Shown here one piece after another: positions 39,789 through 50,915 of a stretch of DNA of 64,000 nt (within the stretch, counting starts at the first letter, position 1; each line of letters starts with the position of its first letter). This stretch comes from Podospora anserina (taxonomy: Eukaryota). The translations under genes and the position numbers were made by a program. The notes below the pieces were generated by a model. That model had not been told where the DNA came from. It saw only the letters and a program-made list of their open reading frames with translations, and did not search any database. The stretch lies in assembly GCA_017654855.1 (NCBI GenBank), contig CM030332.1, positions 5,952,001-6,016,000 of the forward strand, written 5' to 3'.

Positions 39789-40309
39789 TTCAGGCAGCCT
39801 TTCTCAGTTATCGGAACTTATTGGGGCTGATCGCCGGAGTTTGTTTAAATTTACACCGAGCTGTGTATCTGAGGGTTGTTAGTAGCGCAGCGGGCGGGTT
39901 TGATAAATATACCCCACCTCCAAGGGAGCATCAGCCATCTCGTTCAACGCGGCCGACCTGTATACACATGATCCGTAACCGACCGCGCCCAGCAAGATCT
40001 GACAAAATGCTTCGCATGGGGTGTGACAACCTGGAATGCTGCAGGCTCTGACCTTCTGACTCACACAATCGGCAGTTGACGCTGAAGTCGAACTCGTCAT
40101 CACTTATCACTGTACTGGTAAATCAGGAAATTACTTGAAGAACTTAATGAGGTTTATTGTCTGTAAAGGTAGTTAAAGTATTTAAGTCTGGCCGATATTC
40201 CCCAATTTGCTTTCATAGCTGTTTCTTATTCTCGACAAGCCAGACGCAGTTTACTTCTATTTATCATCAATTCACTATCACCTTTTGCTTCTGCTCTCAG
40301 CATATCAAT

Positions 40310-41327
40310 ATGGTCAATTTGAGAGACCTTCTCCTTCAGCCCTCCTTGCCAAATGGCACTGCCTCATTAAACACATTACCAGGAGCCAGCAAACCCAGTC
40401 TGACCGAGAAGAACTGGGCGCGGCGTTATCCCCCAGTTCCAATCATGCAACCATTCTATGAAAACCCTACCCGAGACGAGATTGATATACTGTTCGGGCG
40501 CGAAGATGCTTTAGACGCGTTTCTCCTAAATAGGGAGGTGAGCCCTTTGAACAGCACCATGGAATGGCTACAGAACGAGGGCGACAGTGTCAGGACATTC
40601 TACACGAAAGTCTCAGAACCCATCCAGCTTGCCTTCCAACCATTCATGATCCAACGGTCAGAATCAGGACCTCTTGGCCCAACCACTGTCAACCAGACCA
40701 TTGACTTTACTTGGGGATGTGGAGACCGTTGCCTTGTGATAGGGGAGCTTAAAAGGCATGGAATAATCGATGTCGCAAGATGGACGGGAGAGGTTGAAGC
40801 AGATCGCAATAGGAACTGGCTAGGAAGGGAGCTAAGAGCGTAAGTATAACAGCCCTATAATGATAGCTGCTTGCTGATAGGTATAATGATATAGATACTG
40901 CCATTTATACAAATGCTTCGTTGGAGCAGTATTTGACGGCCGGTCCCTCTTGATCCTTATATTTCAAGCTCAGGCGGTTCAGGATATCCAGCAGGGAAAC
41001 TGCCCGATTATCGGCCTTCTTTTCTCAAGCGACTGTGAAACATTGCGCTATGGCCTCTTCCGGACGGTGACCCATCAGATTCGAAGAATGCAAGCTGCCA
41101 CAGCCCCAGAAGCGATCGTGGATGGTTATGTTCGCAGATACAATTTGTTGACAGGGTATCCTTATTGGGTTAATGGGAATGACGAACGCGACGTATATCC
41201 AGTACATCCCAATGGCCATATACGCAAACTTGATCCGAGTGGCGCATGGTACTGGGCTCGCGCGGATGGAAATGCTATCTTGGACGAGAATGGTGACACT
41301 GTTTGGGATACTTTTAGCCTCATGTGA
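40310..41327 (+). CDS. Putative PD-(D/E)XK restriction-endonuclease-fold protein, 2 exons
   Basis: TIDFTW...LVIGELKRHG...RELRAYCHLYKC...FDG; intron 40840-40894 keeps frame; fold call is motif-based only. Confidence 0.6.
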
Positions 41328-41731
41328 CGAACCCCTAATCAGAGCCCCTGGAGGCTGCTCTGAATGACGGTTCTGTGTAGCTAAAAGGTACACTTGGTCT
41401 CAATAACTTAAGCTTGCATTTCTTACAGATCATGGATTACCTTGGATCACTTCTGTCAGATTGATCCCTTGCGCTCCCGTCACCTTTGGATCATGTTGGA
41501 CCACCTTTCCTGGTGATCCATCGGTGCTCCAATCTTGATTGGCTGAGAGCTCTCCATGCTCCCCCCGTACCTAGGGTCGTGTGATGCTGTGGTGCCTAGA
41601 AAAGTGGATCTCACTTGTTTGCTTGTGCTACTATCCTTTTTTTTATTAAAACCTTGAGCCATTCCATCTCGCCTATTTTCCTGCGTTCTAACCATTCTAC
41701 TCTATCACTCTACCCCGTCACTTACTTCAAG

Positions 41732-42571
41732 ATGGAAGACGATGAAGATAACAAGATAATTATCAAGGTATATACTTTAACTTTTAAAGGCTAATAGTTA
41801 CTATTATTAATCCTAATTTTATAGGATATACAGTTTGGCTTCCGACGTTTTCGAGCACCTGCAAAACGAATCTACGGGAATCGGAATGTCTTTCTCTTAG
41901 ATGTCCCGCCGAATCCAATTGCTAGCTGGCTATCATTTTGGATACCGCAGCTCGTCCGCTCCTGGCTACAGCGATTGCTACCAGAGTGGTTCTTGCCGAC
42001 AACTGTCATTCTAAAGGAGCGAAACCCGAACAAGGCTGATAGCTACGAAAACGAAATCGACACATACCTGCATCTTCGATCCCTCCAGGGCACCCACATC
42101 CCGCGTTTGTTTGGTGAAGTAGCCGTCAGCGACCCCCACGCGCAGAGATACCAGATCAGCAAGCGACCCACTCCTGCCATCCTCCTGGAAAACGTCGAAG
42201 GAGTATCGCTACACAATCTCCCAATTAAAGAGCTAGGGAATGATCAGCTTCTCAATCAACTCCAGTACATATATGACCTGCTTACGAAAAACGGGGTTCT
42301 TCATGGCGATCCAAGGCTCCACAATTTTCTACGTGTTGATCAGAGGGTCGTTGCTATCGACTTTGAGCTTTCCGAGCCTCTTGTCGGTGATATAACGAAT
42401 GAGGAAGAATTGGAGACCTTGAAGGGTGATATTAAGAGACGGACTGGGGAGGGAGCTCCCATCAGGCAGCCTCCCTGCCAAACCTCGACGCTCCCTCAAC
42501 GCCGCCCGCTCGCACTAACCACGCCCGCGCCACTTTGTGGAGGGAGACCGGCAGGGTGTGCAAAGGATTGA
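41732..42571 (+). CDS. Small atypical protein kinase (Kdo/RIO-like fold), 2 exons
   Basis: VILKE..ENEIDTYLHL..LQGTHIPRLFG..ILLENVEG..HGDPRLHNFL..IDFE; intron 41768-41824 in frame. Confidence 0.78.
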
Positions 42572-42769
42572 TGATTGGCTCACCAGATGGTCCCGCCGGC
42601 CGGTTACTCGCATCAAACGGATTGCTGAAGATGGTGGGAAAGGAGGAGTGTGATGGTTATGATGGTGATGGAGAGGGAGGGGAAGGGACTGTGGTAAGGG
42701 TGAGGGAAAGGGCTGTGGTAAGTGTGAGGGGAAAGGGCTGTGGTAAGGGTAGGTAGTGGAGGGAAGGGG

Positions 42770-43055
42770 GATTGTCATACGTGTGGTCTTAATTTCGCAC
42801 TCATTTTCGTACTGGATCCACGTCTTCCATCTCTGCGCCACGAGCCATCGTATCACATAGTTATCTTAGGATACTTGCCCCATTCTTCGTTTTTAAACTC
42901 CCCAAAAAGTCGTAACTCTTGAGAATCTCGGCTCGATAGGCGCCGGTGTGTCCCGACATGCAAGAGGTTCCACCGTCGATATTGTGGGTCGCTGAGATTT
43001 CAAAGTTCCTCCTCTCGATATAGGCCGCTCCGAGCCAATTGAAGATGCGCTCGCT
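42770..43055 (-). pseudogene. Internal fragment of a family-2 glycosyltransferase (Cps1/hyaluronan-synthase-like)
   Basis: WLGAAYIERRNFEISATHNIDGGTSCMSGHTGAYRAEIL and RWLVAQRWKTWIQY; no start or end, frameshifted. Confidence 0.7.
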
Positions 43056-43067
43056 GGGTGGCGGAGC

Positions 43068-43495
43068 CACAGATCCCTGTAACTTATATAAACACCAACA
43101 GAACATTGGGAGCCAGGTATGACAGGCTGCGAGTAAGGCGCGCGGATGGGCACCTGTCCTGCATTCTTCGCCCCCTGGGCGCTGGCCGTTCCCCGGCTGC
43201 AGCCAATAAGTGGCTCAAAGCGCACCTTTGGGCCCTCTAGCACAGGCTTCTAAATTTTGCACTTCCTCAAGAAGACCGGGCGCCCGGTTCCTGCCATTGA
43301 ATATCTTCGAACGCGTCGAACGACCCATAACCGGCCCCCTATGTTATTCTTATTACCGAATTCCGTGTCACTTGATCTCGGCATCTATTTCCCCGCCGCA
43401 GTTAATTAATCCGCTTCAAGCAGATGCCCCGCCAACTACCCCGCCGAGATTTGCTTTTACATATAAATTTCCATTAAGAATACTCGCCAGCAAAC
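43068..43495. repeat. Left arm of a ~430-500 bp inverted repeat, right arm 46100-46600
   Basis: Reverse-complement match with small indels; the right arm carries many TpG>TpA changes. Confidence 0.93.
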
Positions 43496-44188
43496 GGGCT
43501 GTTGTGCCAATATAGCGGCTCGATATGCTTCGGAGCAGTTAAGCAAAATGCCTCCAGAGTCGATGTAGCGTTGTCGGCAATATCGAGCGGCCGCTTTAGA
43601 TGCAGCCGGTGTGATTGAGAGAGAGATTCGAAGCCACAAACGTATAAACGAGATTCGAGGTCGCCCTGGCAGGATAGCGAGATTCGAAGTCACAAGCGGG
43701 GGTGGGCAGGATTCGACGGCCGGGGTAGGTGAGATTAAATGCGACGACTAACAAGGTAGGGAAAATTCTCGCTTACCACGGCGGTGACACTTTTCCCGGT
43801 TCAATGCAGAGCCCTTCCATTCAGGCAGCAGGACGTGGGCAGCTTTTTTCAATTGGCTGACATGGGTTGTATGCGAGGCAGCCGGCTGCGAGAAGATAGC
43901 TGCAGATTTGATGGCTGTCCTCGCTCCAGCCCCGTCACCTAGTTACACCTCGCCTAGTCCCTCCGAGTTCTTCCGTATATGTTGGTCGTGGGACAGATAC
44001 GCTGTCATAAAATGTGTGACCGGACGACGTGATAGCCAATCGGATGCAAGAACTCCGCCATCAAAATCCTTACTAAAGAGCGCCAAAATCACTGTTCAAG
44101 AACTCCTGCCTTAAATCTATCGAAAGTCTGTACAAGAGCGTCACCGCCAAAAAAATCTTTGCTTAAGAGCTCGTCTTTTTTCAGTGCC

Positions 44189-45782
44189 ATGAACCCAGAC
44201 GAGAAAGCTGCGAAAATCCTTGCGGATGCACTTGCGCGTTACCCAAACAATGTGTCGCTTTCGAAAAAAGATTTCAGTCGGGTCTACAAATTCCTTGAAA
44301 TGGTATTTATTCCGGGTGTCCTCGGAGATACCACAAAGAGACGTTGCTTCCAACAGCTGAAGCATGAAATACTCCCTGCCGTCGGGGTCCTCCTTAAATC
44401 GAAGGATATCGCCGACAACGCTACATCGACTCTAGAGGCATTTTGCTTAACTGCTCCGAAGCATATCGAGCCGCTATGTTGGCACAACAGCCCAAAGCTC
44501 TGGCAAGCGTGTCTGGGGACTGCGATAAGTGACCCAGCATACTTGACATTCCGGAAAGGTAAGCCTCCACAGTTTGTTAAGTTGTATAAACTAACAATAG
44601 CCTAGTTGCTGTTGATAAGGTCCGACCGCCCTTGGTTCAAGCACTGCCCAGTTCCAATTCTACCCAACCTATTACAATTAGTTCGCTGCTACAAGGAGGG
44701 GCTGCGTCTCAACAAGAGGTGGATACAAGTGTTGCCTCCCTGGGCAACTCTGCACAGACTGCTGTTTCGCCATGGACAATGACTTGCTCTCCATGCAGCA
44801 CGACGGTGCGCCTTCAGTGCGCCTGCAAGCAAACGACTGAGGGTAAACCTTTAGGTTATAATTTATCTTACTTCCACCTAACTAACAACCGGAACCTCAG
44901 GACCGTCTTCCTCGACAAACAGCATTGCGCCGCTGCCAGCAAATCCCACCGCGTCCAGCCCCACGAACACCCCGCTGCTACCCACATTAATCCACCCCAC
45001 CGCGCCTCCCATTGCTACGCCGACAGTGCCACCAAGGGACACAAGCGGGAACAAACCTGTTTCTCTTTTCACGGACTCTGGTGCTATAGCTGGGCCATTA
45101 CAACAAAGGAAACGGCGGAGAGGAGAGGGTAGGCCTGCCTTTGTGCGATTCTTCGCCATGAGCTGACACAGATCCTATCTCAGATACACCCGCGACAGAC
45201 CCTGATAAGCCAAACCTCGTTCCGATCCCCAAATCTCAGGCACACAGCATCGAATCTTCTCTAGCGAATCCAGTCCAGTCGAGCGAGGAGCCTACGTGGC
45301 CTTGGCCAAATAAAAGCCAATTCAACGCTGAGAAGCTTTGCGAATATTTGACGCAGCATATACCCGAAGAGATCGAGTTCACCAGGCACCATCAGCAATA
45401 CATCTCATCTATCTTTTCAGTTGGCATCCAGTTCCAGATCACGTCGGCTTGGTGCGGAGCAAGATCCATTGCATTTAGATCTAGATTCTTTGTTCCTCGG
45501 TCGGTGTTATTGAAAAGTATTTTAGACCACCTACAAGAGGGGGGGAGGCCAGAGAATTATGGTCTCGAGGCCAAACTAGCTCCGAACTCGACGACTTTTA
45601 GAACGTACTGGTGGCACTTTGATAAGACAGGAGACGGAGTTGTCTGGCCAAATGTATTTGGGGACCTTTTGCTAAGATGGCAGCGACCAGTGCATGTTGC
45701 TACTATAATTCGACAGCTTAATTCTGATGAACGTAAAAGACGGTTGGTTGTTCCGACGCAGGTAAAAACGTATCAGAAGTAA
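44189..45782 (+). CDS. Multi-exon hypothetical gene, possibly disrupted
   Basis: ORF pieces 44159-44605 and 45348-45782, with GTAAGC..CTAAC..TAG intron signals between; no recognised domain. Confidence 0.4.
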
Positions 45783-46070
45783 TATATAAATATCTGCCAT
45801 CGTGCGGTTTATTCTTGCCCGTCGATAACCAAACTCGGTCGATGATAATGATACCGGAGGCCCCATCGAAGTCGACGACTACTGCGACATACTCCTGGTC
45901 GGAGCTGTCTATACAAAACTCAAGCTGCGACTGCTGTTCCACGGTCTAAAATGATCAGTACTCGTAAATTTGCATTATAGTGAAGCACGTACAAGCTCCT
46001 TGCCTAATTCTTTTCTCACTGCCTCCAAAATATCGTCATCACTCCAACCTGTAACGTTTATCTCACTCAT
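45718..46070 (-). CDS. Small hypothetical protein, paralogue of 58714-59047
   Basis: WSDDDILEAVRKELG then IDSSDQEYVAVVVDFDGASG...GRYLYITS, versus WTHDEILK..RKYTG then IDTDERNYVAAVVDIDGPDG...GKYLYLTS. Confidence 0.55.
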
Positions 46071-46607
46071 CGTGACAGGACCCAATTCGATTTGCGGAGG
46101 TTTGCTGGCGAGTATTCTCAATGTAAATTTATATGTAAAAGCAAAGATTTGCGTGAGGCATTATGTTTGCAAGGTGACTGTTTGCCCAATTTAGGCCCGA
46201 CGAAATTCTCTCGCAACTTCTCTCGGCGGGGTAGTTGGCGGGGCATCTGCTTGAAGCGGATTAATTAACTGCGGCGGGGAAATAGATGCCGAGATCAAGT
46301 GACACGGAATTCGGTAATAAGAATCAGATTTAGTTTTAGATAACATAGGGGGCCGGTTATGGGTCGTTCGACGCGTTCGAAGATATTCAATGGCAGGAAC
46401 CGGGCGCCCGGTCTTCTTAAGGAAGTGCAAAATTTAGAAGCCTATGCTAGAGGGCCCAAAGGTACGCTTTGAGCCACTTATTAGCTGCAGCCGGCGCCCA
46501 AAATGCAGGACAGGTGACCATCCGCGCGCCTTACTCGCAGCCTGTCATACCTAGCTCCCAATATTCTATTAGTGTTTATATAAGTTACAGGGATCTATAG
46601 TTAGCAA

Positions 46608-47208
46608 CCCTCTTTCCCATAACCTTAAACGCGGTTTACTCTTAGGCTAGGAAATTGCAATCTTTCTACCTAACCTCATTGTCCAGGTACTCCTCCGCTT
46701 TTCGATTTATTGAACCTCCGTTAACCTTTACTTAGTTAATAATAAGGTCGACAGTTACCAGCCTAGTTTTTAAAGCTCGTTCCGTCGAAGATAAACTAAA
46801 CGGCAACATTATCCTTGGCCTGGTCGTAACGGTTGAAGCTATCCTATTGGGTCTCGGGAGCTGGAAGATTCTCGAGGGAATAACCATTGAGTTCGCCTGG
46901 CTCGCGGCTCTTCCCTTCTATCTCTGCCACTTCCTCTCCGCCACTATAACGTTGCGGGGCATAGCACGGGCTGCGATGACTCCAAGGTGTTATTCATGGA
47001 TAGGAGTGCAGGCGGCCGCGATTTTGCTTACCGTTGTCATTCCATTTGTGGTTCCGGTAGAGTATCAACATTTGTCTCACTGCTTCACCTGCATAATTGT
47101 AGCTGGTGAACTTGGTGGCTGGAAGGCAGATGACTGGAGCGATGATGAGATCTTGAAAGAGGTCAGGAAGCATACTGGGCAGGGTAGGTTCTGCTTTTTC
47201 CTCCCAAA
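46608..47208 (+). pseudogene. 3' part of the 7-TM gene (copy of 58028-58793) with two internal deletions
   Basis: Near-identical DNA; deletion junctions at the AAGG and TGAC microhomologies near 47126-47134. Confidence 0.88.
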
Positions 47209-48005
47209 CCCTGACGTGTACAGAATACATTGAGCCATTGTTATCAACATGCATATGCGGAAATCCCAACCGGAAGCGGTTGCACGTCTGGTCACAGCTG
47301 CTGTCCGAAATCCCAGAGCAGGGTGAGAGTTTCCACGCGCACATAAATCCAGCGCTTCGGGTGGATCGGCACCACACAAGGGCGGATCGGGCCAAGCCCA
47401 CTGTTATTCACATTACGGGAGGCGAAAGTGGTGTGTGTGTTGGGCGACCATTTCGCCTCCTCAGCCCTGTGAGAACCAGTCATGCATGCCACTGCCGTCA
47501 TAGTGCAATCAGCACAGTAGGCATCAACCCACCCCCATACTTTCTGGTTGATGGGCTAAATGTCGTGTTGTGAAGGAAGTAAAGCTACCCTGTGTGGTTA
47601 CCTGCATGGAACTTTCATGCTATTAATGCCGAGACCATGTTCAAGCAGAACGAAGAGCGCTAGCTGTCATAACCACGCGCTTCCAAAGTTTCAATCTCTC
47701 TCGATCCCTCCCTCCAGCGTATCTGGCCTGGTGCGAGAGGGGTTTCTGGCTGGTTTTTTGACGGGGGGGCTCTAAAAGTGGGGCTCGAGAACAGGGACTT
47801 TGACGGTGCAGGGTAGACATGGATGAGACGGGGGCGATGCGACTGCCCACACTCCGTGCGGTTATATATGCAGTTGAAGCGGCCTCTTTTGCTGAGATAT
47901 TCATCAAAAGCGCAAACGTCCCTAATCGCGGAGTCCTCCTTCTCATCTTTTCAACGACCTCAAATCGACACCCAAGCGCCCTCCCTCACCGCATACAACT
48001 ACATA

Positions 48006-48893
48006 ATGTCCAGAACTATACCCAAAGCCGCACCGTGTATCGCATATTGGGACCCTTTCCAAATGAAATTTAAACGCGGTCCAGGCTGGGTTGGATACTT
48101 TTCTGGAGTTAGGCAGCTTTCGGAACAGCTTAATTCGGAATTTTACGTCTTTCTAAACGGGGACCCCTACTGCTTCGATTCGAAAAAATGCTGCTGGAGG
48201 TTTGGCCACAGAATAATCTCTATCGAAGAATTTGGCAAACGTTTAATGGCAGCAAACAAACGCCACTCTCTGGAAGCAGCACTATACCGCGCAGATCCTT
48301 CTCAGTTTCCTCTGGTACCCTTTCTAGATGTTCCAGTCCAGCTTCCGCTACAACTATACCTCGATTGTCTCGCTAAGGCTCCTTCCAAAAAACCTACAAC
48401 TCGTCTGGCATGCTGGAGAATCAGAGATGAAGATGCCGGCGGAGAGGGTCCTGTCAATATTGATATCTTGGTGTGCTGCGAAGGACGTCTATCATGGGAG
48501 GAAGAAAACGTACTGCATCAAACGCATAAGAAGCGTTTGCTTACATTCTGGGAGTTAAGGGGGGGAAGGAACTGCGCTTTACTTACACATCGGAAAAAGC
48601 TCCCCACACAGTTCGAGGTTGCTGCTGTTCTTGACTCCCGTTTGGTGTCCAATCGTAAGCAAGAGTTACTGATAGAGTGGGTTGGATACTCTGAGCAGAC
48701 TTGGGTGGGAGAAAACGATATTGATAGCTACTGGGTTAACTCCATAAGGGAACCGGGCGAAGAGAGCAAAAGCAAACGAGAGGAAAGCGGACGAGGGAAG
48801 CGAAAGCGGGAGAGGGAAGCGAAAGCGCAAACAGGCAAGGCAAGCGAAAGCGCAAACAGGCAAGGCAAGCGAAAATGCCGGCGGAAAAAATGA
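48006..48893 (+). CDS. Chromodomain protein with upstream chromo-shadow-like segment and basic tail
   Basis: SWEEENVLHQ..LLTFWELRGGR followed by FEVAAVLDSR..LLIEWVGYSEQTWVGENDI; K/R-rich C-terminus. Confidence 0.72.
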   Translation: MSRTIPKAAPCIAYWDPFQMKFKRGPGWVGYFSGVRQLSEQLNSEFYVFLNGDPYCFDSKKCCWRFGHRIISIEEFGKRLMAANKRHSLEAALYRADPSQFPLVPFLDVPVQLPLQLYLDCLAKAPSKKPTTRLACWRIRDEDAGGEGPVNIDILVCCEGRLSWEEENVLHQTHKKRLLTFWELRGGRNCALLTHRKKLPTQFEVAAVLDSRLVSNRKQELLIEWVGYSEQTWVGENDIDSYWVNSIREPGEESKSKREESGRGKRKREREAKAQTGKASESANRQGKRKCRRKK

Positions 48894-49498
48894 AGGCTAG
48901 GTGGACCGCAGAAATACGCCAGCATGTCACCGTGTAGAATAGATCAGATACACTCGGTAACCCTTATAAGGATCCTTATCGTGCCAGACCGCGTAGTTGA
49001 GCGTTTGCCGCTAAGTACCCAAATATCACTACCTGTCCAACACCAATGACGGTTGCCTCCTCGTACATGTCAGCAAACTCTATCGCCCATGTACCATCAC
49101 CGGTACAAGGTCGAGAACATTGCGATACTCCTCCTTGGGACAGAGCGCTATTCGGTTATTATGTGCTAACCAGCACAGCATATGTAGAGCCTCCATACGT
49201 TCCTTCTCGTGTTGAAGCAGCATTTAAAATGACCCTGCAGAGACGTCCACCATGATAGCTTACACAATTTAAGTTTAATCGGTTATGCGGGACAAAAAGC
49301 TGCACGCAGATTGCAGAACCCAATACGGCTAAGCTTAAATCGGAGGGTATCATGGAGCGCAAATGCGTATTGCTAGAGATAGTTAAGGAGATCGCAGATT
49401 GTGCCACTTGCGGGCAGAGCTCCCCGGTTCGGCGTCTGATCAGTGGTGAATTTGGAGTTTGGATGGTGTTTTGTGGAGATATGGCGGAGAAACTGTCA

Positions 49499-49760
49499 CC
49501 ACGCCAGTAACCCCGATTTTCACCCACCCTGTTAGAGGCCTCGATTATCGCTCACCGCGTCAGCGACCCCGATTTTCTCCCACCTCACCAGTGGTCTCGA
49601 CTTTCCCCTCGCCAGAGGACCGTGACATTGACGCTAGTAACTGCTGTTGGGCACACTTTGTCCAAAAATGGCTCTGCTCCAAAGGCTCTACTCCAAAAAT
49701 GGCTCTGCTCCAAAAATGGCTCTTGGAATCAAACAGACCCACTCAAAAGGTAGCATTCGA
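49499..49760 (+). repeat. 28-bp array followed by a 17-bp tandem repeat (ctccaaaaatggctctg) and a module shared with 35128-35182 and 39335-39367
   Basis: Read directly from the sequence. Confidence 0.75.
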
Positions 49761-50219
49761 TGGCTGGCGGCTCCGTGAGGTAAGTATAAACTAGCGTAAA
49801 AATACAATCTTACATGCCTAATTAAGTTACAAACTATCCAAAGTTTCGGTGAACCGGGATGAACAATGTTTGGAGGGAGATGATTTGTCTGATTTGGACG
49901 AATTCAGAAACTGATCCTGGCTTGGACATACCACGCTGCTTCTGACTCTGGTGAAGGCAGGGGTTGCCTGTCACAATCCCTACCTACTTAACCGAACGGT
50001 CAAAAACAGCTTTAGAATAACCTAGTGGCACGTAAATTCACTCATTTCCACAGAGGGGTCGAAGTGGGAAAAGATAGGCGCAGTGGTAAATGCTTCCTTA
50101 AGCCTACGGGATATTCGAGCTCGTTTCTGGCCTCCCACATCCCTCGCTCCAGCCCCGTCACCTAGTTGCACCTCGCCTAGTCCCTGATAATGGATCCCAG
50201 AAGTGGCCTCATAGCAGTG

Positions 50220-50915
50220 TTAGGTGGTTGGGTGCCTGTCGTCTGCCGATCCATCCCCACCCCTTCCACATGGTGGTCGTGGGACAGATACGCTGTCATA
50301 AAGGCGAGATTGCAAAAGGCGTTGAAGGTAGAACAATCGAAGAGAAAGCGGGTTTAGCATTATTGCTGGTCGTGTCCCAAGGTACCTAGCTAAAGCATCA
50401 CAACACCGAAAGGCGCAGGTGTTACCGGTATAGTCCTGGAGAGGATGTAAAGTTGCCTCAAGGTGGCCAACTTCAAGTGCATCTTGATAGGCTACTTTGT
50501 ACTCGTTCAGCATATCCTCGGTCATACCGTAAGCGGTAAACGTCTTTCGTTTCTTATCAATAATGGCAATAACCCAGTGATTATCGTTAACGTTGTATGG
50601 CATGACAATACTGACAATACTCTCTCCTGCCGTGACCTTTGCCGCCCTCTGAGGTGGGACTCCCAAGGTGTATTCTCCGAACTGTTTAAGTTCCAAACTC
50701 AATAGCTCATGTAGGATACGTCCCGTGATCATTTCCCCGGATTTAAACTGAAGCAAGTCGTCTTGAGGCCAGCGAGAGACGCCAAACTTAATCAAAGTTG
50801 CGAGTTGCTCTCCAATAGTCCCAGAAAGCTCTGGTAAAGTGAGTCCCATAACCACTTCGTCAGTTTGCAAGGGTGGCGAAGAGATGTGGATTGGGGTCGC
50901 CCGGATTGTCCCCAC
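50220..50915 (-). CDS. Ulp1/C48-like SUMO/ubiquitin-like protease domain, divergent
   Basis: MPYNVNDNHWVIAIID...PLQDYTGNTCAF has His, Gln and Cys in Ulp1 spacing; the usual YDS Asp reads YGM. Confidence 0.62.
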   Translation of the reverse strand: MGTIRATPIHISSPPLQTDEVVMGLTLPELSGTIGEQLATLIKFGVSRWPQDDLLQFKSGEMITGRILHELLSLELKQFGEYTLGVPPQRAAKVTAGESIVSIVMPYNVNDNHWVIAIIDKKRKTFTAYGMTEDMLNEYKVAYQDALEVGHLEATLHPLQDYTGNTCAFRCCDALARYLGTRPAIMLNPLSLRLFYLQRLLQSRLYDSVSVPRPPCGRGGDGSADDRHPTT

